Shown here piece after piece: positions 40,401-46,615 of a DNA stretch of 64,000 nucleotides. A model generated the notes under the pieces. The model ran no database searches. It saw only the letters and a list, made by a program, of their open reading frames with translations, and was not told the origin of the DNA. Position 1 is the first letter of the stretch. Each line of letters begins with the position of its first letter. This DNA comes from Ruminococcaceae bacterium UBA5891 (GTDB lineage: Bacteria; Bacillota; Clostridia; Oscillospirales; Acutalibacteraceae). Position numbers and translations under genes: made by a program. The DNA lies in contig DJET01000048.1 in the NCBI GenBank assembly GCA_002431945.1, positions 446 through 64,445 on the forward strand, given 5' to 3'.

Positions 40401-41831
40401 CAGACCGTTACGGTTTAAATAATAGGTTTCATTATTTATATAAGTGAAAAGATAACCGCTTTCGTCAAAGCTCCATTTTGAAGCGCCGCTTTTATCGGAG
40501 CTTGTAATACCGCCCTTAACCGCTTTCAGATATACGCCGCCGTCGCTTATATAAAAAGCGTTGAGATCCTCGGTGGATATTGTGTAAGTGTTTACGGTTT
40601 TCGGCATTCTTGAGCTGTCGCCGTACATACACATATACTGACCGTTCGAATCATTTATATAATAATACTCACCTGCATACTTATTTGCGGTTGTATAATA
40701 TAGGTATTGAACGTTATCGCGCGGATTAACATTTGTAAGTCCGTCGCGGCTTACAACACGGGTGTTGTTATTTTCATCAATCACTATATTTTCAATGGAA
40801 TAATACTGCGTAGGCTTAATTGTCGGAGAATTAGTCGGGTTGTACGAATCATACAAAGCAGCTATGCTTGTTAACCTGTCATGCATTTGCTTCATATCCA
40901 CACTGCCGCCGAAGCCTGCGTTATCGCCCTTTGTGCGTTGGGTTATAATTTCCTGACCCAAGGTTGTAACAATGTTTCCGTCCTTATCCTCCACGCAGCC
41001 GAAAAAGCCGAAACCGGAATACGCTTCGTTTCCTCCGGTAACGGTGCAGTTATTAACATATACGTCGTTCACCTGCGCGCCGGTTATTATATGTCCGGCA
41101 ATATAGCCTACGTATGCGGCGTGGTCGGTGTGCTTGGTCGGGTCGTGCGTTACTGTGGTTGAAGTGTTTAAATGCTCGCCAGATATATCAACATTTGTAA
41201 GATCAATCGTCATACTGTCGATATACAGGTTTTTAATTGTGGGCGTTTGCTCGGTGTTGCCGCCTTTATTGCTTACATAACCGAATAAGCCTATATCCGG
41301 CGTTGTATAGGTTGTTCCGTTAAGGCTTGTGCTGCCTACAATTTTTAAGTTTTTAAGGGTAATGTTTTCGCCGTCAAGCGTTGCCTGAAATGGCTTTTCG
41401 GCAGAGCCTATCGGAAACAGTCCGTCCGTGTAGCTTGCAAGGTTAAGGGTTTGTGAAGTATTATTGTTTGTTACGCCGCTGTCGTCATATTCAAAAACCG
41501 AAAATTCCTTCAATTCATCTATTCCGTCAAGGTCCAAATCCTTAGTACCTATGCGGAAATGGGTAGACGCCGTAATAAAATCCGATCCCTTAACAGCCGG
41601 ATTCGCCTGATAAAGCATTACCAAATTATAAAAATGAACAGGTCTTGTAATTTCGTAAGGATTTTCCGCCGTGCCGTCGCCTTTATGAAAATAACGCGTC
41701 ACCACCGAGCCGCCGTTTTCATCTAAATCGGCGGAATTAAGCTTGGCAAACCACGCAAAGGACACCGAAACGCTTGTTAAAAGCATAACCGCCGCCGTAA
41801 ATAAAGCGATAATTCTGTTTCTTTTGCTCAT
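37482..41831 (-). CDS. Giant secreted adhesin-like protein with TasA/SipW-type N-terminal signal, beta-helix-like region and lectin-like repeats
   Basis: 1449 aa from ATG 41831; the RBS AAGGAG lies inside the end of the upstream gene. The N-terminus is a basic stretch, a hydrophobic helix, then SFAWFAK. A beta-helix/GLUG-like region follows (ENPYEITRPVHFYNL, PIGSAEKPFQATLDGENITLKNLKI, GLFGYV). About 490 aa of repeated Y-Y-L...W units come next, and the C-terminal ~540 aa is unassigned. Confidence 0.6.
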   Translation of the reverse strand: MSKRNRIIALFTAAVMLLTSVSVSFAWFAKLNSADLDENGGSVVTRYFHKGDGTAENPYEITRPVHFYNLVMLYQANPAVKGSDFITASTHFRIGTKDLDLDGIDELKEFSVFEYDDSGVTNNNTSQTLNLASYTDGLFPIGSAEKPFQATLDGENITLKNLKIVGSTSLNGTTYTTPDIGLFGYVSNKGGNTEQTPTIKNLYIDSMTIDLTNVDISGEHLNTSTTVTHDPTKHTDHAAYVGYIAGHIITGAQVNDVYVNNCTVTGGNEAYSGFGFFGCVEDKDGNIVTTLGQEIITQRTKGDNAGFGGSVDMKQMHDRLTSIAALYDSYNPTNSPTIKPTQYYSIENIVIDENNNTRVVSRDGLTNVNPRDNVQYLYYTTANKYAGEYYYINDSNGQYMCMYGDSSRMPKTVNTYTISTEDLNAFYISDGGVYLKAVKGGITSSDKSGASKWSFDESGYLFTYINNETYYLNRNGLSGVTVSQSASTVWIRNEQDALYTTVNGIDYYLNCSAEWGISSFTQYCYISDGNGNFLSATNGTGGAEIANARSESSSVKWQVTVSGDKYKFRTEIGDKSCYLTVNGSLALTESTKDEDILWTLESDGYFTRTLTFGNVSVKYRLVYDNGWKAACIGKLITDGNNNYLSADTKSIKNAAENTALVWQTEEDANGIRFYTFINSVPYYISFNSGLTVSETPFNWKKDGNSYYYTNNGRDYYIRYNNGWEAVTLEYKLITDGNGNYLKADGNNSFSNATADNATRFYFSNSDSGNITYNFNNSQYYLGVSNGSFADTATNWSFTADGCLRADNTDYYLVYDGGWKISLPKYTISSGNNYLSIDSSGNIINETNQANAAKWTFSNPSTYSGTISTVINGTTKYLSVSRSRNWYGSYSYTLNTSNNSGENWLNNGNKLYVNKNSGWGQNANFYITTNNSWKDLNTTGTTLTFTPIFEHVAAEARSDNLPEIAVQEKVVPSPNVNISNPITVDYSLDFEKTTQKRITKETKTNVIGGYQSYFPLRIADENENGWYDAADPFKVSQKNTGYIISGARLEDSTATDDGQKAYGDIRISYFSISSVSGSYDTEDPEAFKTIYTVDGNGKHSYTANSPAYQTASKQLLDTLDGSTSVYGLHFMDAKISKDYLVTAEKAVVLGKEYDNYEMPMDSIDFNVIERGSINFFAGDYFTGNNSFFSLHQVFRDENNKITDIKEIEEIYEHKEKGSAVSYVYKFKDNTYSADVDISDYKSVFKTEWIKNPGFNRKGNNIYYFEIPCNKGEYCLGSVSGKTGAYLIYLDIAANGGEAIKKVISSEGNAVTNAFKTEYRTAPARLGENNYSVLLFSTTAPQGTNQNNFSVNLSFKKMDSNDPDYSSDYANGVYIITVTNKSNSDIQLDVFLCDDDRDITNDFLYAYKVVYNNSDHTGTAVPTVLNSNYWQAMASFKIPPTGEAGEISYKS
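39100..40570 (-). repeat. Degenerate in-frame protein repeats (beta-trefoil/ricin-like lectin pattern) in the giant protein
   Basis: Recurrent ~40-50-aa units such as ISDGNGNFLSAT...VKWQV, LITDGNNNYLSAD...LVWQT, LITDGNGNYLKAD..., ISSGNNYLSID...AKWTF. These alternate with YYLN / YYIS / YYLG ... W units. Boundaries are approximate. Confidence 0.45.
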
Positions 41832-41836
41832 AGCCC

Positions 41837-42577
41837 TCACTCCTTAATTACTTCAATCGAAGAAATGTCGCCTTTGTACTGCGTGGTTTCGTTTTCACCG
41901 TCAAACGCTATATCCTTACTTTGAATTACATTCGAGTAATAATCAACCAAAATATATATTGCCCCGCCCTCGTCCATAGTAAGACTGTCTGTTTCAAAAG
42001 CGGTCCGCTTTTCGGTAATGCTTCCGTCTTGTTCGGTGATAAATAAGTAATCCGTATATTTATCATCGTTTTCAAGCTCTGTTACGGCGCTTTTATAAAT
42101 TTCCTCTTCTGTTCCCGTTAAATTAAGCGAAGCGGCGCGGAATTTTACCATATCCGAAATATAGTTAAGCTTGGCATCAGCGTCGGTGCAATTGAATTTA
42201 AGACGGAATTTATCGCCGCCGCTAAGCCCCTTTACCTCTATTTTTATTATAACCGCATTTTCTTCATTTCGGCTTGTAAACACGGTATCGTATTCATTAA
42301 GCGTTGCGTCGGTACCGGTATAAAAGCTATATTTAAACTTATCGCGGTCATATTCATTTTTATAAACGGTAAAGCCTAAAACGGAAAAATCCGAATCGTC
42401 AGCCGCGGTGATCGTCATATTGCTTGCGGTTACGGCATTACCGTTTGCAAACCAACCGAGAGAATTGTTTAAAAAAACAATAATCGCAAGGAGCAGAATC
42501 ACCGAAATTGCAATAAGAGAAGCAAACTGCATATACTGTTTTCTGGTTTGCAGAAAGCCCATTATCCTCTGTGCCAC
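41837..42577 (-). CDS. TasA/camelysin-like secreted protein (minor fibre subunit candidate)
   Basis: I place the start at GTG 42577, which sits 9 nt after RBS AAAGGAG (42593-42587) and immediately after the riboswitch terminator. N-terminal TM helix, then LGWFANGNAVTASNMTITAADD, which parallels the 251-aa protein. C-terminal AFDGENETTQYKGDISSIEVI resembles the TasA-family C-terminal strand motif. Confidence 0.6.
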   Translation of the reverse strand: MAQRIMGFLQTRKQYMQFASLIAISVILLLAIIVFLNNSLGWFANGNAVTASNMTITAADDSDFSVLGFTVYKNEYDRDKFKYSFYTGTDATLNEYDTVFTSRNEENAVIIKIEVKGLSGGDKFRLKFNCTDADAKLNYISDMVKFRAASLNLTGTEEEIYKSAVTELENDDKYTDYLFITEQDGSITEKRTAFETDSLTMDEGGAIYILVDYYSNVIQSKDIAFDGENETTQYKGDISSIEVIKE

Positions 42578-42600
42578 GGCGCCCCGCTCCTTTCCGTAAT

Positions 42601-42635
42601 ATAAAAGCCGTGCCGCATAACGAATGCGGCACGGC
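42601..42635 (-). terminator. Intrinsic terminator (expression platform of minus-strand riboswitch)
   Basis: The minus strand reads GCCGUGCCGCAU-UCGUU-AUGCGGCACGGC-UUUUAU, a 12-bp GC-rich stem plus a U-tract. Its 5' GCC overlaps the aptamer 3' end. Confidence 0.8.
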
Positions 42636-42706
42636 AACTGGCTGACTTAAACTAAAGTCCCTATAGCTTTGCGTCACCGGATTGCTCCGGCTTTGCTTTT
42701 TCTTTT
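42633..42706 (-). promoter_or_regulatory. c-di-GMP-I (GEMM-I)-like riboswitch aptamer, copy A
   Basis: The minus strand reads AAAAGCAAAG-CCGGA-GCAA-UCCGG-UGACGCAAAGCUAUAGGGAC...GUCAGCCAGUUGCC. It has a GNRA-capped hairpin, the ACGCAAAGC junction and a GGGAC/GUC helix in the GEMM-I order. Confidence 0.75.
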
Positions 42707-42716
42707 TTTCTTATAT

Positions 42717-42745
42717 ATTATATAGCCCTATATTGTAAAAGTCAA
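42717..42745 (-). promoter_or_regulatory. Sigma-A consensus promoter (minus strand)
   Basis: On the minus strand: TTGACT (42745-42740), a 17-nt spacer, then TATAAT (42722-42717). Confidence 0.7.
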
Positions 42746-42797
42746 CTTTTTTTTACGAAAAAAAACCGCCCAGATTTTCAAAAAACTTAAAAATAAC

Positions 42798-42826
42798 TTG
42801 ACACGAAAAAAAACAGTGTATATAAT
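42798..42826 (+). promoter_or_regulatory. Sigma-A consensus promoter
   Basis: TTGACA (42798-42803), a 17-nt spacer, then TATAAT (42821-42826). Confidence 0.75.
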
Positions 42827-42835
42827 GTAAAAGAT

Positions 42836-42910
42836 GATTATTTTGGGTAAAATCGGAGCAATCCGATGACACAAAGCTATAGGGTCCATCAAGTGGATTG
42901 CCAGCTGCAA
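42836..42910 (+). promoter_or_regulatory. c-di-GMP-I (GEMM-I)-like riboswitch aptamer, copy B
   Basis: UUGGGUAAA-AUCGGA-GCAA-UCCGAU-GACACAAAGCUAUAGGGUCC-AUCAAGU-GGAUUGCCAGCUGCAA. The architecture matches copies A and C, and the GNRA hairpin stem differs by compensatory changes. Confidence 0.75.
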
Positions 42911-42948
42911 TTTTCAACGGGTCTAACGTTGTTTATTGCAGTTTTTTT
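42903..42948 (+). terminator. Intrinsic terminator (expression platform of copy B)
   Basis: CUGCAAU (42905-42911) pairs with AUUGCAG (42935-42941). There is an inner CAACG/CGUUG helix, followed by U7 (42942-48). The 5' arm overlaps the aptamer 3' strand. Confidence 0.8.
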
Positions 42949-42972
42949 ATATTCGGGTTTTGGGGTGATAAT

Positions 42973-43812
42973 ATGACTGATGAAAAAAATACGGTAAATG
43001 AAGAGGCGGCGGAAAACAAATCCCCTGTCGACTATGTTGATATGGCGGTTCATTCGGGCGTGGCGCCGCTTGAGACGCGTTATTGCGGAATATACGACTG
43101 CTATTCAAAATCCCCCGTTGCTTACAGAAGCTTTACCTATATAAACAGCGTGCTTGAAGGGGTTATACCGCCAGAAAAATATTGCTTCGCCGCAGACAGC
43201 ACAGATACCGGCATAAGGCTTGCAAAATATAATATTATAAATGCAATAAATATGATAAAGCGTCTTGAAGACGCCGGCAGGCATATCAGATTTGTAACGG
43301 CGCGCTGCCCTGCCCTGCTAGCCGAAAGGGACGGTTTATATGAATTTGTGCAGTCGCTTATGAAGCAGTGCGATTTTCACGAGCCCGAAAAGCTTTGTCT
43401 TGAATTTCCGCAATCCTTGCTTTACGGGGAAAAAGAAAAGGTGCGTATAGGTATTCTTAATATGAAGCTGCTTAAGGTTATGACTATGATGTCCGGCTGC
43501 GGTGCGGACGACTGCCCGATAACCCCCTTAATGGATATTCCCGTAGACAGCGTGCTTTTATCGCCCGAAATTACGGCGCTTACCGATTCGCGCGGCAGAT
43601 CGTCGCATATATCCTCTTTTATCTCATTTATAAAGGATATGGATATTAAGGTCTACGCCGACGGAGTTAATAACGACGACCAGATAACCTCGCTTTTACG
43701 GCTTGACTGTTCGGGATATGCGCCCTCCTCAGGGTATACGGGAGCAGCCGTTCACGGCAGACTGCGTATGACCGGCGAAGAAGCAATTTCCCAAAAGGAG
43801 GAAACCGACTGA
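42973..43812 (+). CDS. Degenerate EAL-domain protein (catalytically inactive; possible c-di-GMP receptor)
   Basis: 279 aa from ATG 42973, after RBS GGGGTG. The EAL-domain order is retained but key residues are replaced: YRS for EAL, LCLEFPQ for xxEITE, MSGCGADDC for DDFGTGYSS, YADGVN for AEGVE, CSGY for QGY. The stop overlaps the next start (TGATG). Confidence 0.6.
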   Translation: MTDEKNTVNEEAAENKSPVDYVDMAVHSGVAPLETRYCGIYDCYSKSPVAYRSFTYINSVLEGVIPPEKYCFAADSTDTGIRLAKYNIINAINMIKRLEDAGRHIRFVTARCPALLAERDGLYEFVQSLMKQCDFHEPEKLCLEFPQSLLYGEKEKVRIGILNMKLLKVMTMMSGCGADDCPITPLMDIPVDSVLLSPEITALTDSRGRSSHISSFISFIKDMDIKVYADGVNNDDQITSLLRLDCSGYAPSSGYTGAAVHGRLRMTGEEAISQKEETD

Positions 43813-44561
43813 TGGCAAGGCAACATATAGTTGAATCGGTTGTGGAAAGAACCGCAAACGAGGTAAAGCGTTACCGCCTTTATATGCGGATAATTCCGAT
43901 AGGCGCCGCCGTTCTTTCGCTCATACTGATAATAGGCTACGTTATTTCCGTGCTTTATATGAAGTTCGGCGCATTTACCGTAATGGTAAACAAGTTCGAT
44001 AACCTTGATTACGCGCTTACCCTCTCCCCAAGCTCGGATTTCAACACCAAAACCTCGCGCCTTAATGCAGAGATCGATAAGGAAATAACCAATATAGACG
44101 GAAAAACCCTGCCCAACTATCTTGATAACGTAGACGGCGAGCACAACGGCGAAAATTATGTTGCATATACCTTTTACTGCCGTAACGAGGGCAAGCACAG
44201 AATAACTTATACCTACGATCTGTACATCGCCAATATGACCTATGAAATTGAAAAGGCGGTCAGGGTAAGGCTTTATGTAGACGGCGAGGCTACCGACTAC
44301 GCCTATGCCAGAACAGACGGCGTTAAGGGGCCCGAACCCGGAACAACGCAGTTTCAAACCGGCAATACGATAGTAAAAAAGGAAATAGCTCATTTCAAGC
44401 CCGGCGACGTTACCAAATATACGGTTGTAATTTGGCTTGAGGGCAACGACCCCGACTGCGTGGATAAAATTATAGGCGGAAAATTCAAGGTTGATATGGC
44501 GCTTACCGTTATAAAGGACGAGGAAGAAAAGGAACAGGCCAAGGCAAAAGAGCTTATTTAA
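43812..44561 (+). CDS. TasA-like membrane-anchored/secreted protein
   Basis: 249-aa ORF. It has a basic N-terminus, a TM helix, then KFGAFTVMVNKFDN. C-terminal YTVVIWLEGNDPDCVDKIIGGKFKVDMALTVI parallels the FDGEN...-type motif of the other two small proteins. Confidence 0.5.
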   Translation: MARQHIVESVVERTANEVKRYRLYMRIIPIGAAVLSLILIIGYVISVLYMKFGAFTVMVNKFDNLDYALTLSPSSDFNTKTSRLNAEIDKEITNIDGKTLPNYLDNVDGEHNGENYVAYTFYCRNEGKHRITYTYDLYIANMTYEIEKAVRVRLYVDGEATDYAYARTDGVKGPEPGTTQFQTGNTIVKKEIAHFKPGDVTKYTVVIWLEGNDPDCVDKIIGGKFKVDMALTVIKDEEEKEQAKAKELI

Positions 44562-44590
44562 AAAAATCAGCCGAAAAATTCAAAAAATAC

Positions 44591-44619
44591 TTGACAAGTG
44601 AAAAAGCAATTTGTATAAT
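44591..44619 (+). promoter_or_regulatory. Sigma-A consensus promoter
   Basis: TTGACA (44591-44596), a 17-nt spacer, then TATAAT (44614-44619). Confidence 0.75.
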
Positions 44620-44631
44620 AAATTAGCAAAA

Positions 44632-44704
44632 TAAGTTTGGTAAAACCGTTGTAAAGCGGCGACACAAAGCTATAGGGTCCATAAAATGGATTGCCAGCTG
44701 CAAC
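44632..44704 (+). promoter_or_regulatory. c-di-GMP-I (GEMM-I)-like riboswitch aptamer, copy C
   Basis: UUUGGUAAAA-CCGUU-GUAA-AGCGG-CGACACAAAGCUAUAGGGUCC-AUAAAAU-GGAUUGCCAGCUGCAAC. The 3' half is almost identical to copy B. The GNRA hairpin is entirely different but still base-paired. Confidence 0.75.
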
Positions 44705-44741
44705 CGATAACAGTTCTTCTGTTATTTGTTGCAGCTTTTTT
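44696..44741 (+). terminator. Intrinsic terminator (expression platform of copy C)
   Basis: AGCUGCAAC (44696-44704) pairs with GUUGCAGCU (44728-44736). There is an inner GAUAACAG/CUGUUAU helix, then UUUUUUGUUU. The 5' arm uses the aptamer AGCU and CAA nucleotides. Confidence 0.8.
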
Positions 44742-44818
44742 GTTTGTCTTTAATTGCCGTCGGTTGTGGCGACTTCCGGCGGCAATGAAATAAAAATTTT
44801 ATAAAGGGGAAAACCATA

Positions 44819-45574
44819 ATGAAAAAAATGAAAAAACTCTTTCCTGCCCTTTGCCTGCTGCTGGTTTCGGCAACACTTCTGGGCACCTCCACCTACGCTT
44901 GGTTCTCGATGAACAAGAACGTGCATGCAAACAATATGCAAATCACCGCAAAAGCAGACACAACTTATCTGTTGATTAGTGCCGATAAAAACACTGCCGC
45001 AGGAATTCAAGAAGATAAAAAGATTGAAGTAAGTTTAGGTGAAAATAAAAATCTTTACCCTGCTGCACTTAAAACCAACACCAATCCGTTCACGGACGCA
45101 GACGACAACTGGTGGTATGCTTCGGCAAGCACAAGCGACAAATCTACAAAGGACGATGAAACAGTAGTAACCTTTGGCGAGGCAAAATCTAAAAAGCCTA
45201 CCGATGCAGAAGCTAAAGAAGACGCCACAACATTCACTGAGCGCGTACTTAAAAAGACCGTTTATCTAACTCTTGCAAAAGGCTCTGTAAATAAAGGCAA
45301 GTTAACGGTTAAGGCTACTGATTTTACAGACAGTATTGGTTCCGCCAATGCTACAAAGCTTGTGGTTGCAACTGCGACTAAGGCTCTCTACTTTGACGGA
45401 AATAATGCCGCAACTGCACAGGAACTCGTAGCCGACGGCGGAATGAGCGATAGTGAAGTTATCACTGTTAATATATATATGTATTTCGACGGTGAAAACG
45501 CTGATGTTTACACCGATAACATCACAGCACTCACTAGTGCATCAGCAAACATTCACTTTGCAATTGCAGACTGA
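44819..45574 (+). CDS. TasA/camelysin-like secreted protein (major fibre subunit candidate)
   Basis: 251-aa ORF after RBS AAGGGG. The signal LLLVSATLLGTSTYAWFSMNKN resembles B. subtilis TasA GGGTWAAFND. C-terminal VNIYMYFDGENADVYTDN...ANIHFAIAD resembles the TasA-family terminal strands. It appears to be a monocistronic unit between a riboswitch and a hairpin. Confidence 0.65.
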   Translation: MKKMKKLFPALCLLLVSATLLGTSTYAWFSMNKNVHANNMQITAKADTTYLLISADKNTAAGIQEDKKIEVSLGENKNLYPAALKTNTNPFTDADDNWWYASASTSDKSTKDDETVVTFGEAKSKKPTDAEAKEDATTFTERVLKKTVYLTLAKGSVNKGKLTVKATDFTDSIGSANATKLVVATATKALYFDGNNAATAQELVADGGMSDSEVITVNIYMYFDGENADVYTDNITALTSASANIHFAIAD

Positions 45575-45631
45575 TTTTTTTGGAATAACCGGCCGATAAA
45601 ATTGCTGCAACCGCAACAATTGCCGGAAATG

Positions 45632-45660
45632 CACGCACGGGGATTTCTTTCCCGTGCGTG
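45632..45660 (+). terminator. Terminator-like hairpin after the major subunit gene
   Basis: A 10-bp perfect stem, CACGCACGGG / CCCGTGCGTG, with a 9-nt loop. The downstream U-tract is weak (GUCACGGUUAUUUUC). Confidence 0.5.
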
Positions 45661-45764
45661 GTCACGGTTATTTTCACTTTAAATTAAAATTAGGTTATTA
45701 AGCGGTAGGACGCGGACCGCACAGAGCCTTGTTAATTTTCTTTTCGGCATTTTTTAACAAATTA

Positions 45765-45793
45765 TTGACAGCTTTCGCTTAAACTGCTATAAT
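45765..45793 (+). promoter_or_regulatory. Sigma-A consensus promoter with extended -10
   Basis: TTGACA (45765-45770), a 17-nt spacer ending in TGc, then TATAAT (45788-45793). Confidence 0.75.
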
Positions 45794-45850
45794 TTAATCT
45801 GGCATTTTATAATTTTTTTGGATATTATCAATTTGAAAGGAAGTAAATAA

Positions 45851-46567
45851 ATGGCAGGAAAAAAAAGTGCTGAAAAGGCAATTAAAATTGTTGTAAATAC
45901 TTTGGTTTGGCTTTTCGTTGTTTTTGCAATCGTTATAACGGTTTTGGCTTTCGCCGCCCAGTCCGATCCGGACGGGGTTCCGGCTATCGGTGGCAAGTGC
46001 ATTTTAACCGTTCAGTCCGATTCAATGAAGGGCGTTTTTAACAAGGGCGATATTATCATTGCAGAAAAGCTTAGCGATAAAGAAAAAAGCGAGCTTGCGG
46101 TAAAGGATATTATCAGCTTTAAAACCGACCTTAACGGCGACGGCGTAAAGGAAATAAACTCCCACCGCATTACCGAGGTTATAAAAGGCGAAAACGGCGA
46201 AATTTCTTATAAAACAATGGGTGATAACACACTCGGCGAGGATACCGGAGAGGTTGCCGCCGCCGATGTTATAGGCAAATACAACGGCACGCGCATTAAG
46301 GGACTCGGCGGCTTTCTTGATTTTCTTCAGAAGCCTAAGGGCTTTTTGGTAGTTGTTGTTATTCCGTTAATTCTTTTCTTTGTGTTTGAGCTTGCAAACT
46401 TTATTAAAACGTTTATTCAGGTTAAAAACGGCGATAAAAAGCAGATTACCGCCGAGGACGAGGCGCTCATTCGCAAACAGGCTGTTGAAGAATATCTGCG
46501 CCAGCAAAAGGCGGCGGCAGACAGTAACGGGGAAAATTCCTCTGACGCTACCGACATTGATAAATAG
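45851..46567 (+). CDS. sipW: Signal peptidase I, archaeal/ER-type (SipW-like), paralog 1
   Basis: 238-aa ORF. N-terminal TM, catalytic-Ser segment VQSDSMKG, His segment INSHRITEV, MGDNTLGED box, a C-terminal TM and an acidic/basic tail. Confidence 0.8.
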   Translation: MAGKKSAEKAIKIVVNTLVWLFVVFAIVITVLAFAAQSDPDGVPAIGGKCILTVQSDSMKGVFNKGDIIIAEKLSDKEKSELAVKDIISFKTDLNGDGVKEINSHRITEVIKGENGEISYKTMGDNTLGEDTGEVAAADVIGKYNGTRIKGLGGFLDFLQKPKGFLVVVVIPLILFFVFELANFIKTFIQVKNGDKKQITAEDEALIRKQAVEEYLRQQKAAADSNGENSSDATDIDK

Positions 46568-46580
46568 TTTTATTGGCTGT

Positions 46581-46615
46581 CGCTCTGCGCCTGCTAAGGC
46601 GGCAGAGCGGTTTTT
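46581..46615 (+). terminator. Intrinsic terminator/attenuator after sipW paralog 1
   Basis: CGCTCTGCGCC (46581-46591) pairs with GGCGGCAGAGCG (46598-46609), with one bulged G. GTTTTTATAT follows. Confidence 0.6.

Noticed and set aside
42438-42910. Minus-strand ORFs 42438-42677 (79 aa) and 42728-42910 (60 aa).
   Set aside because: They overlap the riboswitch aptamers, promoters and the start of the 246-aa gene. They have no RBS and a low-complexity, odd composition. The regulatory RNA interpretation explains the conservation better.
42898-42972. The ORF-track N-terminal extension (MPAAIFNGSNVVYCSFFIFGFWGDN) of the degenerate EAL gene.
   Set aside because: These 25 codons lie on the riboswitch 3' end and the U-tract terminator. 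A proper RBS (GGGGTG) precedes the in-frame ATG at 42973.
42633-44704. An alternative identity for the leader RNAs (c-di-GMP-II, T-box or other riboswitch class).
   Set aside because: A GNRA-capped hairpin followed by AC(G/A)CAAAGC and a GGGUC-type helix is the GEMM-I layout. I saw no pseudoknot or ACGCAC-type c-di-GMP-II features and no T-box specifier or T-loop elements.
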